Shown: positions 49,984-61,775, counted from the first letter of the stretch. The stretch: DNA of 64,000 nt from Candidatus Moanibacter sp. (GCA_965215885.1 CBDCEW010000038.1:8385-72384), one strand, 5' to 3'. The notes: generated from the letters alone by a model not told the origin. A program made the numbers and translations.

Positions 49984-51393
49984 ATGCCTGATCAACCTAA
50001 CTTCCTCCTTGTAATGACGGATCAACAGGCGCCGCAATTCAGCGGCCCTTATGGTCATCCACTTGTTAAGACACCGAATCTCGATCGCCTTGCCGATGAA
50101 GGCCTCGTGTTCGACAACCACTATACAAACTGTCCCATATGTGTTCCTGCGAGAATGTCTTTCATGACAGGAAGATTCTTGAAACACATCGGCATCTGGG
50201 ATAATGGCGTGCCGCTTTCGGAAGACAGTGTGACCTGGGCGCACCGCCTTCGCAACGTCGGTTACAACGCCGCCCTGAGCGGCAAGATGCATTTTCGCGG
50301 CGACGATCAACTGCACGGCTTCGAAGCACAGCTGGCCTACGACATAAACGGACGCAACCGGCCTACCCCACCCGATTGGTCAAGACTGCGGCCCGAACCG
50401 GAACAGAGACGCGACATGAAACGCGGGCCGGGAAACTCGATCGAAATCGTGGCCGACAGAGCGGTGACCGATGCCGCTCTCAGTTACATTCGAAGCGAGG
50501 AGCGAAAGAAGAGCCCGTGGGCTCTTTCCGTCGGATACGTATGCCCACACCCTCCTTTTATCGCGCCACCACAATACTACGATGCCTACGACCCCGCCGA
50601 TATTGATTTGCCGGAGGTACCCGCGGACCACTACGAGAAACAAAATCCTGCCATTCAACGAATGCGGCGGGGACGAGGATATGTCGAAACCTTACCCGAG
50701 GATGTCATTCGCGACGCCCGCCGCACCTATTACGCTCTCGTCACCTACGTCGACGATATGCTGGGTGAACTACTCCACGCGCTGGAACAAACCGGACAGA
50801 TAGAGGATACCGTCATCGTATTCTTCTCCGATCATGGAGAGATGCTCGGTGAGCACGGGATGTGGAACAAATCGAATTTCTACGAACATGCTTCCCGCGT
50901 CCCTTTGATCGTATCGAACCCCAAACGCCTTCCAAGTGGAAAACGTATTTCGCAAGTCACTTCCAACGTCGACATCGTAGCAACCATGGTCGAAATGGCC
51001 GGTGCGCACGAACCGGACGAACCGATTTCCGATCTTGACGGCGCCAGCCTGCTTGTGCTCATGACCGAGGGTGATCCGAACTGGAAGGACGAGGCCTTTT
51101 CCGAGTACTACGCGAACTTCTCCACCGCGCCCATGGCCATGCTGCGCAAGGGCAAATACAAACTAAACTACTACCAGGGTGACCCGCCTGAACTCTACGA
51201 CCTTGAACTCGATCCGGCCGAAATGAACGACCTTGCCGATAAGCCGGAATTCGCCGAAGTGCGCGACACCACGGTTTCAGATATTCTCTCCCGGTGGGAT
51301 CCTAACCATATCGAAAAGGAAATCCTTCGCAGCCAGGCAAACCGGCGCTACATCAAGCCCTACCTGTATAAATACCTGGATCAGTGGTCTTAG
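49984..51393 (+). CDS. Cys-type sulfatase, choline-sulfatase-like
   Basis: PNFLLVMTDQ, CVPAR signature, GKMHF, PHPP, SDHGEMLGEHG. Confidence 0.9.
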   Translation: MPDQPNFLLVMTDQQAPQFSGPYGHPLVKTPNLDRLADEGLVFDNHYTNCPICVPARMSFMTGRFLKHIGIWDNGVPLSEDSVTWAHRLRNVGYNAALSGKMHFRGDDQLHGFEAQLAYDINGRNRPTPPDWSRLRPEPEQRRDMKRGPGNSIEIVADRAVTDAALSYIRSEERKKSPWALSVGYVCPHPPFIAPPQYYDAYDPADIDLPEVPADHYEKQNPAIQRMRRGRGYVETLPEDVIRDARRTYYALVTYVDDMLGELLHALEQTGQIEDTVIVFFSDHGEMLGEHGMWNKSNFYEHASRVPLIVSNPKRLPSGKRISQVTSNVDIVATMVEMAGAHEPDEPISDLDGASLLVLMTEGDPNWKDEAFSEYYANFSTAPMAMLRKGKYKLNYYQGDPPELYDLELDPAEMNDLADKPEFAEVRDTTVSDILSRWDPNHIEKEILRSQANRRYIKPYLYKYLDQWS

Positions 51394-51404
51394 GAATCTG
51401 TCGG

Positions 51405-51625
51405 CTGAGCTTTCGCGGGAAAATTCGACAAAGCTGACGACGAAGCTCGCGACGAAGATTCCCTCGCGGGGAGAGTCGCTTCTTCAAACTTGATCGCAAG
51501 CTTCGTCGTAAACTTAATCGAAAGAGAGACCGAAAACGACAAAACTGACGACGAGGCTTACGACAAGGGTTCCCTCACGGGGAGAAAGGCTCCTTCAAAC
51601 TTCATCGTAAGCCTCGTCGTAAATA
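51405..51625. repeat. REP-like GACGACGAAG / CTTCGTCG repeat cluster
   Basis: Two similar units (CGACAAAGCTGACGACGAAGCT...CTTCAAACTT.ATCG.AAGC.TCGTCGTAAA). Confidence 0.7.
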
Positions 51626-51860
51626 ATCACTTGGATAAAGTCAGCAATCTAGGTGTGTTATTGGAATGCAGAGTAATCAACCACCGACATCTTCCTAGCC
51701 TCTCTGCCTGGCGGCAGAGAGAGGACCCAGTTAAATGGGCGGGACCGCCTGCTTGCTGATCACCGTGGGTCCGCCCGGCCACCACAGACCGGATCAAACC
51801 AATTTGGAAATCCGCGCATCGTCGAAGACGAAATGCTCCCGCATTCCGCTACACCATATA

Positions 51861-52478
51861 CTACTTCGAGGCGTATTTAACAGAGCATCCGTAAGGTCGG
51901 GTATCGCTACTGGACACCGCCTTACCGCCCATCAGTTCTTCGAGGGCGAGGGCAACGAAATTCCTGGCGCCGGCAATATCAGCGGGGTTCGCCGACCGCA
52001 CATCATCGATCGCTCCCTGATAGACGAGCTTCCCTTCTGGATCGATAACATACATATGTGGTGTCGTCTTCGCCGCGTATTTCCGACCGACCGTTCCGTC
52101 GTAATCGAGGAGGTAAGCGGTTGGAGAAGCTCCCGCCGCCGCCATGATTTTATTGGCCTCTTTTGCACTGACACCGCCCTGCTTGCCTTTGGCCGAAGAA
52201 AGGATAGTGAGCCAGACAACTCCTTTTTCCGTGTAGGTCTTCTGCAGATTCTGCATATTACCGCTGCCATAGTGCTTTCTCACGAACGGACACTCGTGAT
52301 TGGTCCATTCGAGTACCACATAGCGGCCCCTGAATTCGGAGAGCGCCCGATCGGCATCTTTGCTGTCGCGAAGAGTGAAATCGGGAGCGGACGAACCCGT
52401 TTCCACCCGTCCAATCATTGCTGTGGGCATCATGAGTAAGAGCGTGCCGAGGAATGCGAGAAACCAGTCTTTTTTCAT
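51861..52478 (-). CDS. Exported thioredoxin/AhpC-TSA family redoxin
   Basis: APDFTL, VVLEWTNHECPFV, AKTTPH, YQGAID, PYGCSVKY. Confidence 0.9.
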   Translation of the reverse strand: MKKDWFLAFLGTLLLMMPTAMIGRVETGSSAPDFTLRDSKDADRALSEFRGRYVVLEWTNHECPFVRKHYGSGNMQNLQKTYTEKGVVWLTILSSAKGKQGGVSAKEANKIMAAAGASPTAYLLDYDGTVGRKYAAKTTPHMYVIDPEGKLVYQGAIDDVRSANPADIAGARNFVALALEELMGGKAVSSSDTRPYGCSVKYASK

Positions 52479-52655
52479 AAGTGTATTCAATTCTGAAGAT
52501 TCCAGTGTGGTGTATCAATCTGAGCCGGCCGGTCGAAGCACAGGTTATGTTTCAACAACTGACCGCCAATAGCTTACTGAAGGTCCGAACGCTGTAGCGT
52601 TGTATTATTCCCTCGCTCTCTCTTTTGTATCATGCCGCAATGGTAAGATAGAAAC

Positions 52656-53468
52656 ATGAAAATCAAGTACTCCATCAGAGAGCCGATGGCTCCCGGTAAC
52701 ACTATTCTCGAGAAGTTTCGCAACCTTGCTTCGCTTGGCTTCTCGGGGATCGAAATAACAAGCTCGAGCGAGGAGGCATACGCTGGAGAGATAGCCAGAG
52801 CTGCGGAGGAAACCGGCATTTGCCCGAACATCTTTACGGCAAGAGAGTTGGGGCTCCTCGACGCGCGCCCCGAAGCACGTAAGCGTTCCATCGCCAGTCT
52901 GAAGGAAGCGCTGACTCTCTGCGGTCAGTTAGGTGGAATCGGCGTCATATTCCCTCCCCTCATCGACATCAAGATGCGCGGAGGCCAAAGGATCCCGGAT
53001 CTGTCACCCAGATATCGGACCGCTGACCTCGAGGCTTCTCTCCTCACCGCCATCCTCAAAGAGGAGATCGCGCCTCACGCGGAAAAGTGCGGCTGCAGCC
53101 TTATCCTTGAACCCCTCAACAGGTATGAGCAGTGGTGGCCGTGCACGATAGCGGACGGCGTAGTGATTTGCGAGTCTGTGGGCAGCCCAGGCATCAAGAC
53201 GATGGCCGATCTCTTCCACATGAACATCGAAGAGTCCGACATGGCTGCGGCAATTCGGGCCGGTGGAAGTCACATCGCCAACGTTCACCTGGCAGACAGC
53301 AACCGCGTCCTTCCAGGATACGGCCACACCGATTTCACTCCTCCTCTCCGCGCTCTTTCGGATATCGGATACGATGGCTACTGCGGATTTGAGTGCAGTA
53401 TACCACCCGATAGCGACCCCTCCGAGGAACTCCGTAAATCGATGCGATATTTGAACGAAAGACTCTAG
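52656..53468 (+). CDS. Sugar phosphate isomerase/epimerase (AP endonuclease 2 TIM barrel)
   Basis: LEPLNRYE, DLFHMNIEE, VHLADSNR..PG.GH.DF, FE. Confidence 0.9.
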   Translation: MKIKYSIREPMAPGNTILEKFRNLASLGFSGIEITSSSEEAYAGEIARAAEETGICPNIFTARELGLLDARPEARKRSIASLKEALTLCGQLGGIGVIFPPLIDIKMRGGQRIPDLSPRYRTADLEASLLTAILKEEIAPHAEKCGCSLILEPLNRYEQWWPCTIADGVVICESVGSPGIKTMADLFHMNIEESDMAAAIRAGGSHIANVHLADSNRVLPGYGHTDFTPPLRALSDIGYDGYCGFECSIPPDSDPSEELRKSMRYLNERL

Positions 53469-53620
53469 GAGGCTGTCGGACTTCGAATGAAAAGATGAGA
53501 ACGTCGGCGCAACCAGCCGCTAAAACATGCGAACCCTGTCATTGCGAGGAAGAATGACGAAGCAATCCAGGTTTTCGCACCTTCATAACCGTGGATTGCC
53601 AGTCTGCCGTACGGCAGACC

Positions 53621-55279
53621 GAGTTTGGCCCTCGCGTAGAAACTGTTAATTCTTAAGCGGCTTGAAAGAGGGAGCTGGCAAGATGGGGGCTGAGTTTCTC
53701 CGAGTACCACTTTTAGGATCAACGAAGTGGGAGAAACTCGATGGTGGACTGCCCGCCCAAGTCTCGTATCTGAGTTGCTGCAGTAAGTCTGAAGTGGTTG
53801 GGCCCTGCATGGAGCGTTTATCGGTGCGCCACTTGGCCGGCTCGAAGATGCCTTGTTGATGGCGCTTGGGATCGGATTGGTAGGAGGCCAGCCACAACAT
53901 CGAGTAGGCTGCCACGTTGAGGGCGGGAAGGTTTCTGTTGGACGCTTCGGTCCTGACCTGGGCCTCGCCCATGCCTAAGAGGGTCTTCTCATCGCGGAAG
54001 TTGGGCTCTATCGACAAAGATAGTATTGGAGAAACTCTTCAAGCGCTAATTGGGGATCGGTGCAAATCAGGTAAGCGGGCTTTCTGTAGAGCACTTTGCC
54101 TTCTTCTGAAGCCGGTATCGGAGCGGAGCAATGATCAAAAGCTGCAAAGGGCGTTTTGCTCCGCTCTTGCGCCACAAAAGATCCTTCACCCCGACCTTAA
54201 AGCGGTGGCGCTTACCGGCCGCGAAGGCCTCCACATATTCCCACGGCACTTCCTGGTCTGCGAATCTGTTCGGGCGTGGGAATCTCTGGCCCGTAGCTTG
54301 GTCGGCGTCCGGTTTTGGGCGCCTGCCCGGGCATTTTGCAAAGCGTAGCGTCCTTGCGGACATGGTGGTGCGTTCGGGCAGAGCCGGAAGTCTCCATTGG
54401 TATAGCTGCCGTCGGCCACGACGATCAGTTCGCGTTCGACCTCCATAGAGTCTCTGAGCAGTGCAACGCGCTCGCCTGTCGATTGATGAGCTGCTTTTTG
54501 CTCTCTTTATAGCATTGGACCTGCTCCTGTGTGGCTTTTGCCCCCGGCTTGCGCGCGGAGGGCGCATGGGTCAGATCAATAGGAATCATGCGGGCCGAAC
54601 CGTCCTCTGCGGCAAGGGCGACAGTTGGATGAATCGCTGGGCGAGCACGAGGTTAACTTGGAATTTGGGACCGAGGGGATCTCTGCGCCAGCCCACTCCG
54701 TGGATACGAGTTCCACTTTTTTGCCGTAGGGTGTCGTCAAGTGCTACGACCATGGGCCTATCGGGCGGAAGCATTCGCTCGATCTTCTCGCGGATCGCGA
54801 AGCACTCACCAGGGTCGACTCTGCTCTTCGAATACATCCTGTAGTGTGCGCTCCAATCCTCGTATTGGCGTCCGCCCGTCGTGATGATCCCGGTCACAGT
54901 ACGCCTGCCCAGACACAGAAGGGTGCACAAGATGTGCTCTCAGGCTTTGGCACACGATCCAATTATCCCTTCCTAGAAGTGAGGAGCCGTTTTTTTTACA
55001 CGCACCGGATTGGGAGGGGCATGGGATCGGGCCAGGATCAGACGGCAATAATCCACTCCACCATCTCTCCTTTGCCAAACTCCATCGCCTGAGCTACCGC
55101 CGAAGGCAGATTGATATACCACTGTTCGCTACGCTTGCGCCTGATGAGTTGAACTTTAGTTGGGAATCCCATGGGCCATGATCTAGTTACATAACTAGAT
55201 CACAGTCAAGCTAAATACTTGCTTTTGAAGAAAAAAGGAAATAAGGGAGCAATATATCTAGTAAAAGGCCAAACTCCAG
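53621..55279 (-). mobile_element. Decayed IS701/IS4-like element (DDE transposase pseudogene)
   Basis: Fragments LGRRTVTG, VALDDT, VADGSY, IEPNFRDEK. TIR GAGTTTGGCC / GGCCAAACTC. Confidence 0.8.
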
Positions 55280-55892
55280 AGTCTGCCGTACGGCAGACCG
55301 ACCTCGCAATGACAGGCGAGTGGCTGAGCAGAATCACTTGGACTGGTCCCATTGAAAGCAATGTCCGACAGGCTGCTAGCCCGCATTTCTCACGAATTGC
55401 CGAGGACACCCTAACGACAAAAAGACAAAACTCGGCACTCTGCCGTACGGCAGAGCTCGCCGATCAGGAAAAGCTGGCTATCAACATGCCGCCCACGTGT
55501 AGCGGAAGCCGGAAGGCTTTCGTTCATATCAAGGTCGCCTGGATCCGTCTTCACTCTGCCGTGCGGCAGAGTTACGCCGAGACAGGTCGCCGCGTCAGCG
55601 GCTGGCCCGCTTCCTCGCGATGACAACAGCGAGCCGAATCATCAGGGGCTTCGAGTGAAAGCGTAGCTGTACGGTTACAAGCATCTCAACTTTCATCTCG
55701 ATGTTCTTTCCAATCACAGATTAAGGTTCCTCGTTATCCTATTAATCTCTTCTATTCTACCCGTAGCTGGAAAGCCTTCGGTTTGGCTCTTATGAAGATA
55801 ACTGCTGCTTTCTCAATGGGACCGTTAGTCGCAACACCAGACTAAGAGCTAACTAGAGGCTGTTCGAACAGCCTCTAACTACCAATTTCATC

Positions 55893-56786
55893 ATGCAGTA
55901 TCGATCACTAGGTAAAACGGGACTCCAAGTCTCTGAGATAGGGATTGGTTGTTCCCAAATCGGAAATCCATCCATTTCCGAGAAACAGGCCGAACAGGTC
56001 TTACGAACTGCATACGATTGCGGAATCAGCATCTTTGACACCGCAGCTCGCTATTTCGCTTCCGAGGAGCGTATTGGGCGCTACCTCGGCCGTTATCGCG
56101 AAGAGATCGTCATAACTTCGAAATGCGGAGGTTTTCGCATCAGGGAACGCGAAACCTACAGAGATGGAAGAGACTACTCCAGGCAGGGGATTCTCGACAC
56201 AATCGATCGCAGCCGTCTGCGACTGCAGACGGACATAATTGATGTCATGTTGTTTCACGGGGCCCCTCGTGAGGGCGAAAACGCTGATGAAGCATACGGT
56301 GCCCTAGCCGAGGCACGAGACAAGGGATGGATCCGACATTTCGGCCTCTCCGCGGACGACGATGCCGCCTTGGCCGCGACGAGAGAACGAAACCTCGAAG
56401 TTCAGGAATTCTCCTACAACCTGATTCGACAGGAGCCTGAAGCCAAGCTTCTGCCCACACTGCAAAGACTGGGTACGGGAACTATCATCAAACAACCGAT
56501 TGGGAATGTCGTCTATCTTTTCGACAAGGAGCCTCCCGATGCTTACCGGGCAGGACCCTGGAATCGAGCGCGGGCGATCCCAATCGCAAAGCTCGCTGGA
56601 GACATGCCGTTGGTGGAGTTTGCCCTTCGTTTCACACTCTCACATCCCGCTGTTTCGACGGCCATCATTGGCACGACAAGCCCGCAGCATATCGAGGCCA
56701 ATTGCCGCCTGTCGGACGGCGAGCTTCTACCAGAGGAGAAGCTCGCCGCGGTGCGGAATGCCTTCTCTGCTGCTGCGCTTTCTTGA
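55893..56786 (+). CDS. Aldo/keto reductase
   Basis: YRSLGKTGLQVSEIGIG, FDTAARY..SEERIG, SK, SRLRLQTDIID. Confidence 0.92.
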   Translation: MQYRSLGKTGLQVSEIGIGCSQIGNPSISEKQAEQVLRTAYDCGISIFDTAARYFASEERIGRYLGRYREEIVITSKCGGFRIRERETYRDGRDYSRQGILDTIDRSRLRLQTDIIDVMLFHGAPREGENADEAYGALAEARDKGWIRHFGLSADDDAALAATRERNLEVQEFSYNLIRQEPEAKLLPTLQRLGTGTIIKQPIGNVVYLFDKEPPDAYRAGPWNRARAIPIAKLAGDMPLVEFALRFTLSHPAVSTAIIGTTSPQHIEANCRLSDGELLPEEKLAAVRNAFSAAALS

Positions 56787-56886
56787 GGGAACGGAGGCTT
56801 GAAGGCTTTCCATCGTAACACTGTTATGGGATTCTTATAGGTCTTCATTTTCAGTTGAGGATCCCCTTCAAAGGGGAGAAAAGACA

Positions 56887-58349
56887 ATGCCGGATTCCAC
56901 CACTCGTCCAAACATCGTCTTCATTACAACCGACACCCAAGGCCGAAACATGGTGTCGGCTTACGTTGACCACCCCGGTGTCGACACCCCGAACATCGAC
57001 CGTCTCGCCTCCGACGGAGTCCTTTTTCAAAACGTATTCGTCACCTGTCCTCTTTGTACTCCGTCGCGTTCATCCTGGTACAGCGGACTCTATCCGAACC
57101 GCAACGGCGCAATATGCAACGAGACGGCTCCGAGTAGAGCAATCCCGCTTCTGGCCGAGCTCATGTGCGTGGCCGGATACCGTTGCGCACACTATGGGAA
57201 ATGGCATCTCGATGCAGCCGGTTACAATGGCGGCGGCCGAATGGACGGTGGATTCGAAACCTGGTACGATCTGACCAACTTTTACGACGAGGTGGGCCGC
57301 GATGGCTTGAACCGATTCGGAGGCTGGAACAGGGGTCTACACGACGAAGAGTTCTGTTTGCGCACCGAGTCGCTAACCATGCAATCAACGAGATCACGGC
57401 CAACCGCCATAACGATCGCCCCCTCTTCCTTACTGTCGAGTTCGACGAACCTCACGGACCCTACATTTGCCCACTCCCCTTTCGCGGAATGCATGATCAG
57501 GAAAGTATCTACCGGCCGCCAACCATTCAGGCCGATCTGTCCAATAAGCCCCGTTTACAGCAGGATTATGCACAATACCTCGAAACAACACGGGCGGCGT
57601 CTGATACTTACCCCGGATACTACCACCGCTATTACGACTGCAACAGCTACGTGGATTACGAAATCGGCCGCGTCATCGACGCCGTCCGCTCGCATCTGTC
57701 GGGGGACACCTACATCATCTATTCTTCAGACCACGGCGACCATTTGGGAGCCTTCGGGCTCAATCCTAAGGGACCCACCATGTACGATCAGACGACTGCG
57801 GTGCCGTTGATTGTCACCGGTCAGGAAATCGAAAAGCGCGGATGCCGTGTTGAGGATCTCATCACATCAGTCGATATTCCGGCCACCATACTCGATCTGG
57901 CTGGAGTCGAGTTTCCCGCAGATCCCGGCTACGTCGGTCGCAGCCTTCGACCGCTCCTTCGTGGCGCATCCCAAAACGAGCGCCACGCGGTCTTTCTGGA
58001 ATACAACCGGTTCGGCCTCGGTGGACTCGGAGCAGACGGATTCTACCCGATCCGTTGCGTTCGAACTCAAGAGTGGAAATTGAGTATCAACCTCTTCGAC
58101 ACCGATGAACTTTACAATCTGCACGAGGACCCGCACGAAGCGCGTAACCTAATCGACGATCCGTCGTCGGCCGCTGTTCGCAACCACCTGCACAACTTGA
58201 TCGTGGATCACATGGCACAAACCAGGGATACATTCTACAGCCCCCAATGGGGCCAACGCCCATGGCGTCCCGATTACCGGCACCAGTTTCAAGGCTACAC
58301 TACCACCGGATTAAAGGATGCGTGGGAATTTGGTCGGCTCGATGACTGA
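56887..58349 (+). pseudogene. Sulfatase, paralog of 16507-17970, with a single-base frameshift near 57358
   Basis: The N-half (CTPSR) and C-half are in different frames. One T appears to be missing in TGTTTGCG. May be a sequencing error. Confidence 0.85.
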
Positions 58350-58488
58350 CGCGCAAACCTGGCAAACATTATCCACGAAACCCAAATAAAAACTAGAAGG
58401 CTGGACTGGATCGCCGCGTCAGCGCCACGGGCGCTTCCTCGCGATGACAATTGGGAGTCGATCAATCGGGTTCTCACAGTCAGTGCTT

Positions 58489-58797
58489 TTAAGCAGGAAC
58501 GAGCGGCTTAACCTCAATTTCGATCTTCTTTCCGCTCTTGAGTTCAGCTTCTTCGATATCGTAGCTTTTTTGCAGGTTGAGCCAGAATCCGGGAGTTGTG
58601 CCGAAAAATCTTGCAAAGCGCAGAGCGGTGTCCGCGGTTATTGTGCGCTTTCCCTGAACGATCTTCGTAATTGTCGGGTGCGCAATACCGGTGTCTTTGG
58701 CGAGCCGATATTGTGTAATTTTCATCGGCTTCAAAAAATCTTTAAGAAGCACCTCACCGGGATGTATATTGGGTATCCTGTTCCTCACCTTCTTCAT
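58489..58797 (-). CDS. higA: HigA-family antitoxin
   Basis: HPGEVL, ITADTALRFARFFGTTPGFWLNLQ..YD. Confidence 0.93.
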   Translation of the reverse strand: MKKVRNRIPNIHPGEVLLKDFLKPMKITQYRLAKDTGIAHPTITKIVQGKRTITADTALRFARFFGTTPGFWLNLQKSYDIEEAELKSGKKIEIEVKPLVPA

Positions 58798-58832
58798 AAT
58801 GGTTTCCTATCTCTTTGTATGTCGCCGATTTG

Positions 58833-58973
58833 TCAGTGGTAATCTACGATTTCCACTTGTAAGGCATCCCGTTCTTTCCAAGTAAAGCATATTCTATATC
58901 GGTCATTGATTCTGATGCTATGCTGGCCTTTGCGATTTCCGGCCAGTGCTTCAAGAGAAAACAGAGGTATCAT
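58833..58973 (-). pseudogene. higB: HigB toxin, C-terminal half only
   Basis: LEALAGNRKGQHSIRINDRYRICFTW...VEIVDYH*. The N-terminal half is absent. Confidence 0.85.
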
Positions 58974-59091
58974 GCTCTTCCAGAATACCTTGGTTCCACC
59001 TGGCCAATTCGCTGTCTCCTATTCCATCGAAGGCCTCTGAAATTTCGAGCCGGGATAAGTTTTCGACCCTCGCTCTTGAGCACAAGGGGGC

Positions 59092-59465
59092 CTGCACCGC
59101 ATGTCCATGGTAGACCAAAGGCGAAATTAACGCCTAAGGATTCTATTTTAAGAATTTTCCCGCGGTGGGCTTCGCCCCATACCACTGTGCTTGTCAGTGA
59201 CCCTTTATACCTTGATCGAATAGAGACTCGGTTGGGCTTTCCTCCTTCATCAATCGATCACCGCAAGGAACAATGGTATGGCTACTGCATCAGTGGGCTA
59301 TCTCTCTGTGTTTTCTTTACCTTCCAGCGGCTTCCCCATCGAACGATCTTCTGCACTTACCCCAGTACATTCCAGCTCCCTCGAAAAGGTCCCTCTTTTA
59401 ATCATCATAGGACTTATAAAGGAAAGCTCGCTACATCCCAACTTAACGTCGATGCGCTCGGTGGG
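59092..59465 (-). ncRNA. Candidate structured non-coding element, copy B (unassigned)
   Basis: Homologous to 3074-3455. Stem 59177-59190/59268-59281. Confidence 0.4.
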
Positions 59466-59515
59466 GTAAGAACCTGGGAATTCTCAGCGAAAGCAAGGAC
59501 TGCCCCCAACTTCCA

Positions 59516-60322
59516 TCAATCCCTGGCCTCCCACAACAGCGGGAAGGTGTCGCCTTCCAGGCGTTGGCCGTCTTGGACCCCAATAAATGGCTTCATGATA
59601 TGACTGCCGGAAGCGTCAAACAAGGTGTCCTCCCTCATGAAATGGTAGGCAATGGCGCGTCTGGGACGATCGCTCGTGTTGGCGTGGGAAGCGTGCCAGG
59701 CAAGGGAATGGTGAAAGTGGACGTGTCCCATCTTCACCGGGCAGAGGCGGGCCTCAATGCGGCCACCTGTTGGATCCTGTTCGGGAAGGGCATCGAACTC
59801 CTCAATCGTTCGAAGATATGCCTTGCGATCGCCCCACCGATGGGAGCCGCATACCATACTCATACAACCATTCTCCTCATCCACGTCATCGAGAGCGATC
59901 CAGGCTGTGACCTGGGCATCCTTGGGCTGCAGAGTTGGCCAGAGCGGGGAATCCTGGTGCCAGAGGTTCACACCACCGGTAATGGACGGTTTATACTGAA
60001 TCTGGTCATGCCAGATACGCAGCTCGCGGGCGCCCGAGAGATAGCCGGCCATCTCGAGGATTTTCGGGTGCTGCATGTGACGGCGAAAGGCTGAGCTGGC
60101 CTGCCAGATATTCACGATCTGCCAAACAGGCGCTTCGGGGTGGTTCCGATTGAGGTTTGCGATGCGCACAGGCTGTGGCTTCGCCTCGTCATTCTGTTCG
60201 CGTATAACGCGCTCGAGTTCCTCACGTAGTTCCTCCACTTCATCATGAGACAGGACAGCACCCCCATTGATGAAGCCGTCCCGCTCAAACTGCTCCCTGG
60301 CAATTGCGCTACTCGTATTCAT
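59516..60322 (-). CDS. Phytanoyl-CoA dioxygenase (PhyH) family protein
   Basis: FERDGF, WHQD, WIALDD, GSH, FHH...WH.S..N.S..PRRA. Confidence 0.9.
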   Translation of the reverse strand: MNTSSAIAREQFERDGFINGGAVLSHDEVEELREELERVIREQNDEAKPQPVRIANLNRNHPEAPVWQIVNIWQASSAFRRHMQHPKILEMAGYLSGARELRIWHDQIQYKPSITGGVNLWHQDSPLWPTLQPKDAQVTAWIALDDVDEENGCMSMVCGSHRWGDRKAYLRTIEEFDALPEQDPTGGRIEARLCPVKMGHVHFHHSLAWHASHANTSDRPRRAIAYHFMREDTLFDASGSHIMKPFIGVQDGQRLEGDTFPLLWEARD

Positions 60323-60399
60323 ACTGTTCTAAGAGGCGTAGAGTTTTGTCCCGCAAATTCAATGCGTATTGCGTAGATTCGTTATGGTATTGAGTCAGC

Positions 60400-61740
60400 A
60401 ACAAATAGTTAAACCAGAGCGAAATAGAAGCCAAGCGCAGTGAAGCCGCAACCAAAAGAGAGAGGGAGAAACGGTGACGGGGAGAGGGGGAGACGCCGAG
60501 ACGCAATCAAAACAAAAGAGTGAGCAGCGGAGATTGAATTGACCACGGATGACCTAGCGCAGCGTAGCCGCAACCAAAAAGAAGAAGAGAACCGCAAATG
60601 GACGCAAATGAACGCGAATAAAGAGGAAGGAACCACGGATTCGAGAAAACCGCGGATTTGATGAAGAGGGATTCCCAACGGTTCGACAGGTTCACCCCGA
60701 ACTCATAAACAGTGAGGAGATTTTTGATCGAATCGAGAAGGTACCTCGGAATACCTTGGTAACCTTGCATGCCTCGGCAAAGCGGAGCGACGACGGGTCC
60801 CAAACCTTGCTCGCCTCGGCAAAGCGAAGCGGCGAAGGGTCGACTGCATTTCATTGAATATCAGCCTCTTCTACGCCAAACCTTGCTAAAAAAACAAGAA
60901 ATGGACGGATTGTAATACGGATTTACACGGATGGGAGAGTGCGAATTTGGAAGCCGAGAATCCAGGAATATGCATGCTGCGCGAGACTAAGCACCAAGAC
61001 AGAGTCGACTTCGCCTCTCTGCCGTACGGCAGAGCTTGAAACGCATAAGCGAGTTGGCGAAGTCGACTCCCGATTCGCCGTCCCGTTCAGCGCGATCAGT
61101 GTTTCAGCTCCCCATCCGTGCAATCCGCGTAATCCGTGGTTAAACTCTATTGATCTCCCTTCGAAAGTCGTTTCCTGGTTGCGGCCAACGGCTGCTTTGG
61201 GGTATGATTATTCAGTCACTTGGAACGAGAAGGAAATGATGAAAATAATCTATCCTGATTCCACTTGAGCGAAATCATTGCCGCAAAGTCAGACCTTCAA
61301 GTCCCTTCATTTTCGCACTCCTTCGACCTTAGACTTGAGACTTTTGACCTGCGCCCTGCCACTGACCCGAAACTTCTCTGCCATTCGGCAGAGCGGGCGA
61401 AGATCGAAAAGCTGCCGCTTTCCGCTACACCCTCCGATCCGAAACGTAGCGGAAAGCGGCAGCTTTTCGTCTTCCACGACGCCCTCGGTTTCACCCTACC
61501 GTAGGGCAGAGTTTGATCCGGCAAGTGTCAGCGCGCCGGAGGCCCCACTGACCAGTGACGCGGCCAAAGGCCGCAAATGACAACGGATGGGAGAGTGCGA
61601 ATTTGGACCTTCCAGTCCATTCATTTCATAGCCTCTTCGACTTTCGACTTTTGACCTGAGACTTTCGACCTGCGCCGCGCAAACCAATGACGCGGCCAAA
61701 GGCCGCAAATGACAACACCGCAGGTGTGACTGACGCGACC
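60400..61740. repeat. Non-coding mosaic of REP-like palindromes and short direct repeats
   Basis: CTCTGCCGTACGGCAGAG, long hairpin about 61398-61473, GACGCGGCCAAAGGCCGCAAATGACAAC twice, CGGATGGGAGAGTGCGAATTTGGA twice, TTCGAC runs. Confidence 0.75.
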
Positions 61741-61775
61741 GACGGTCGCAGCTGAAAGGCTCCCAAGCCGCTCCC

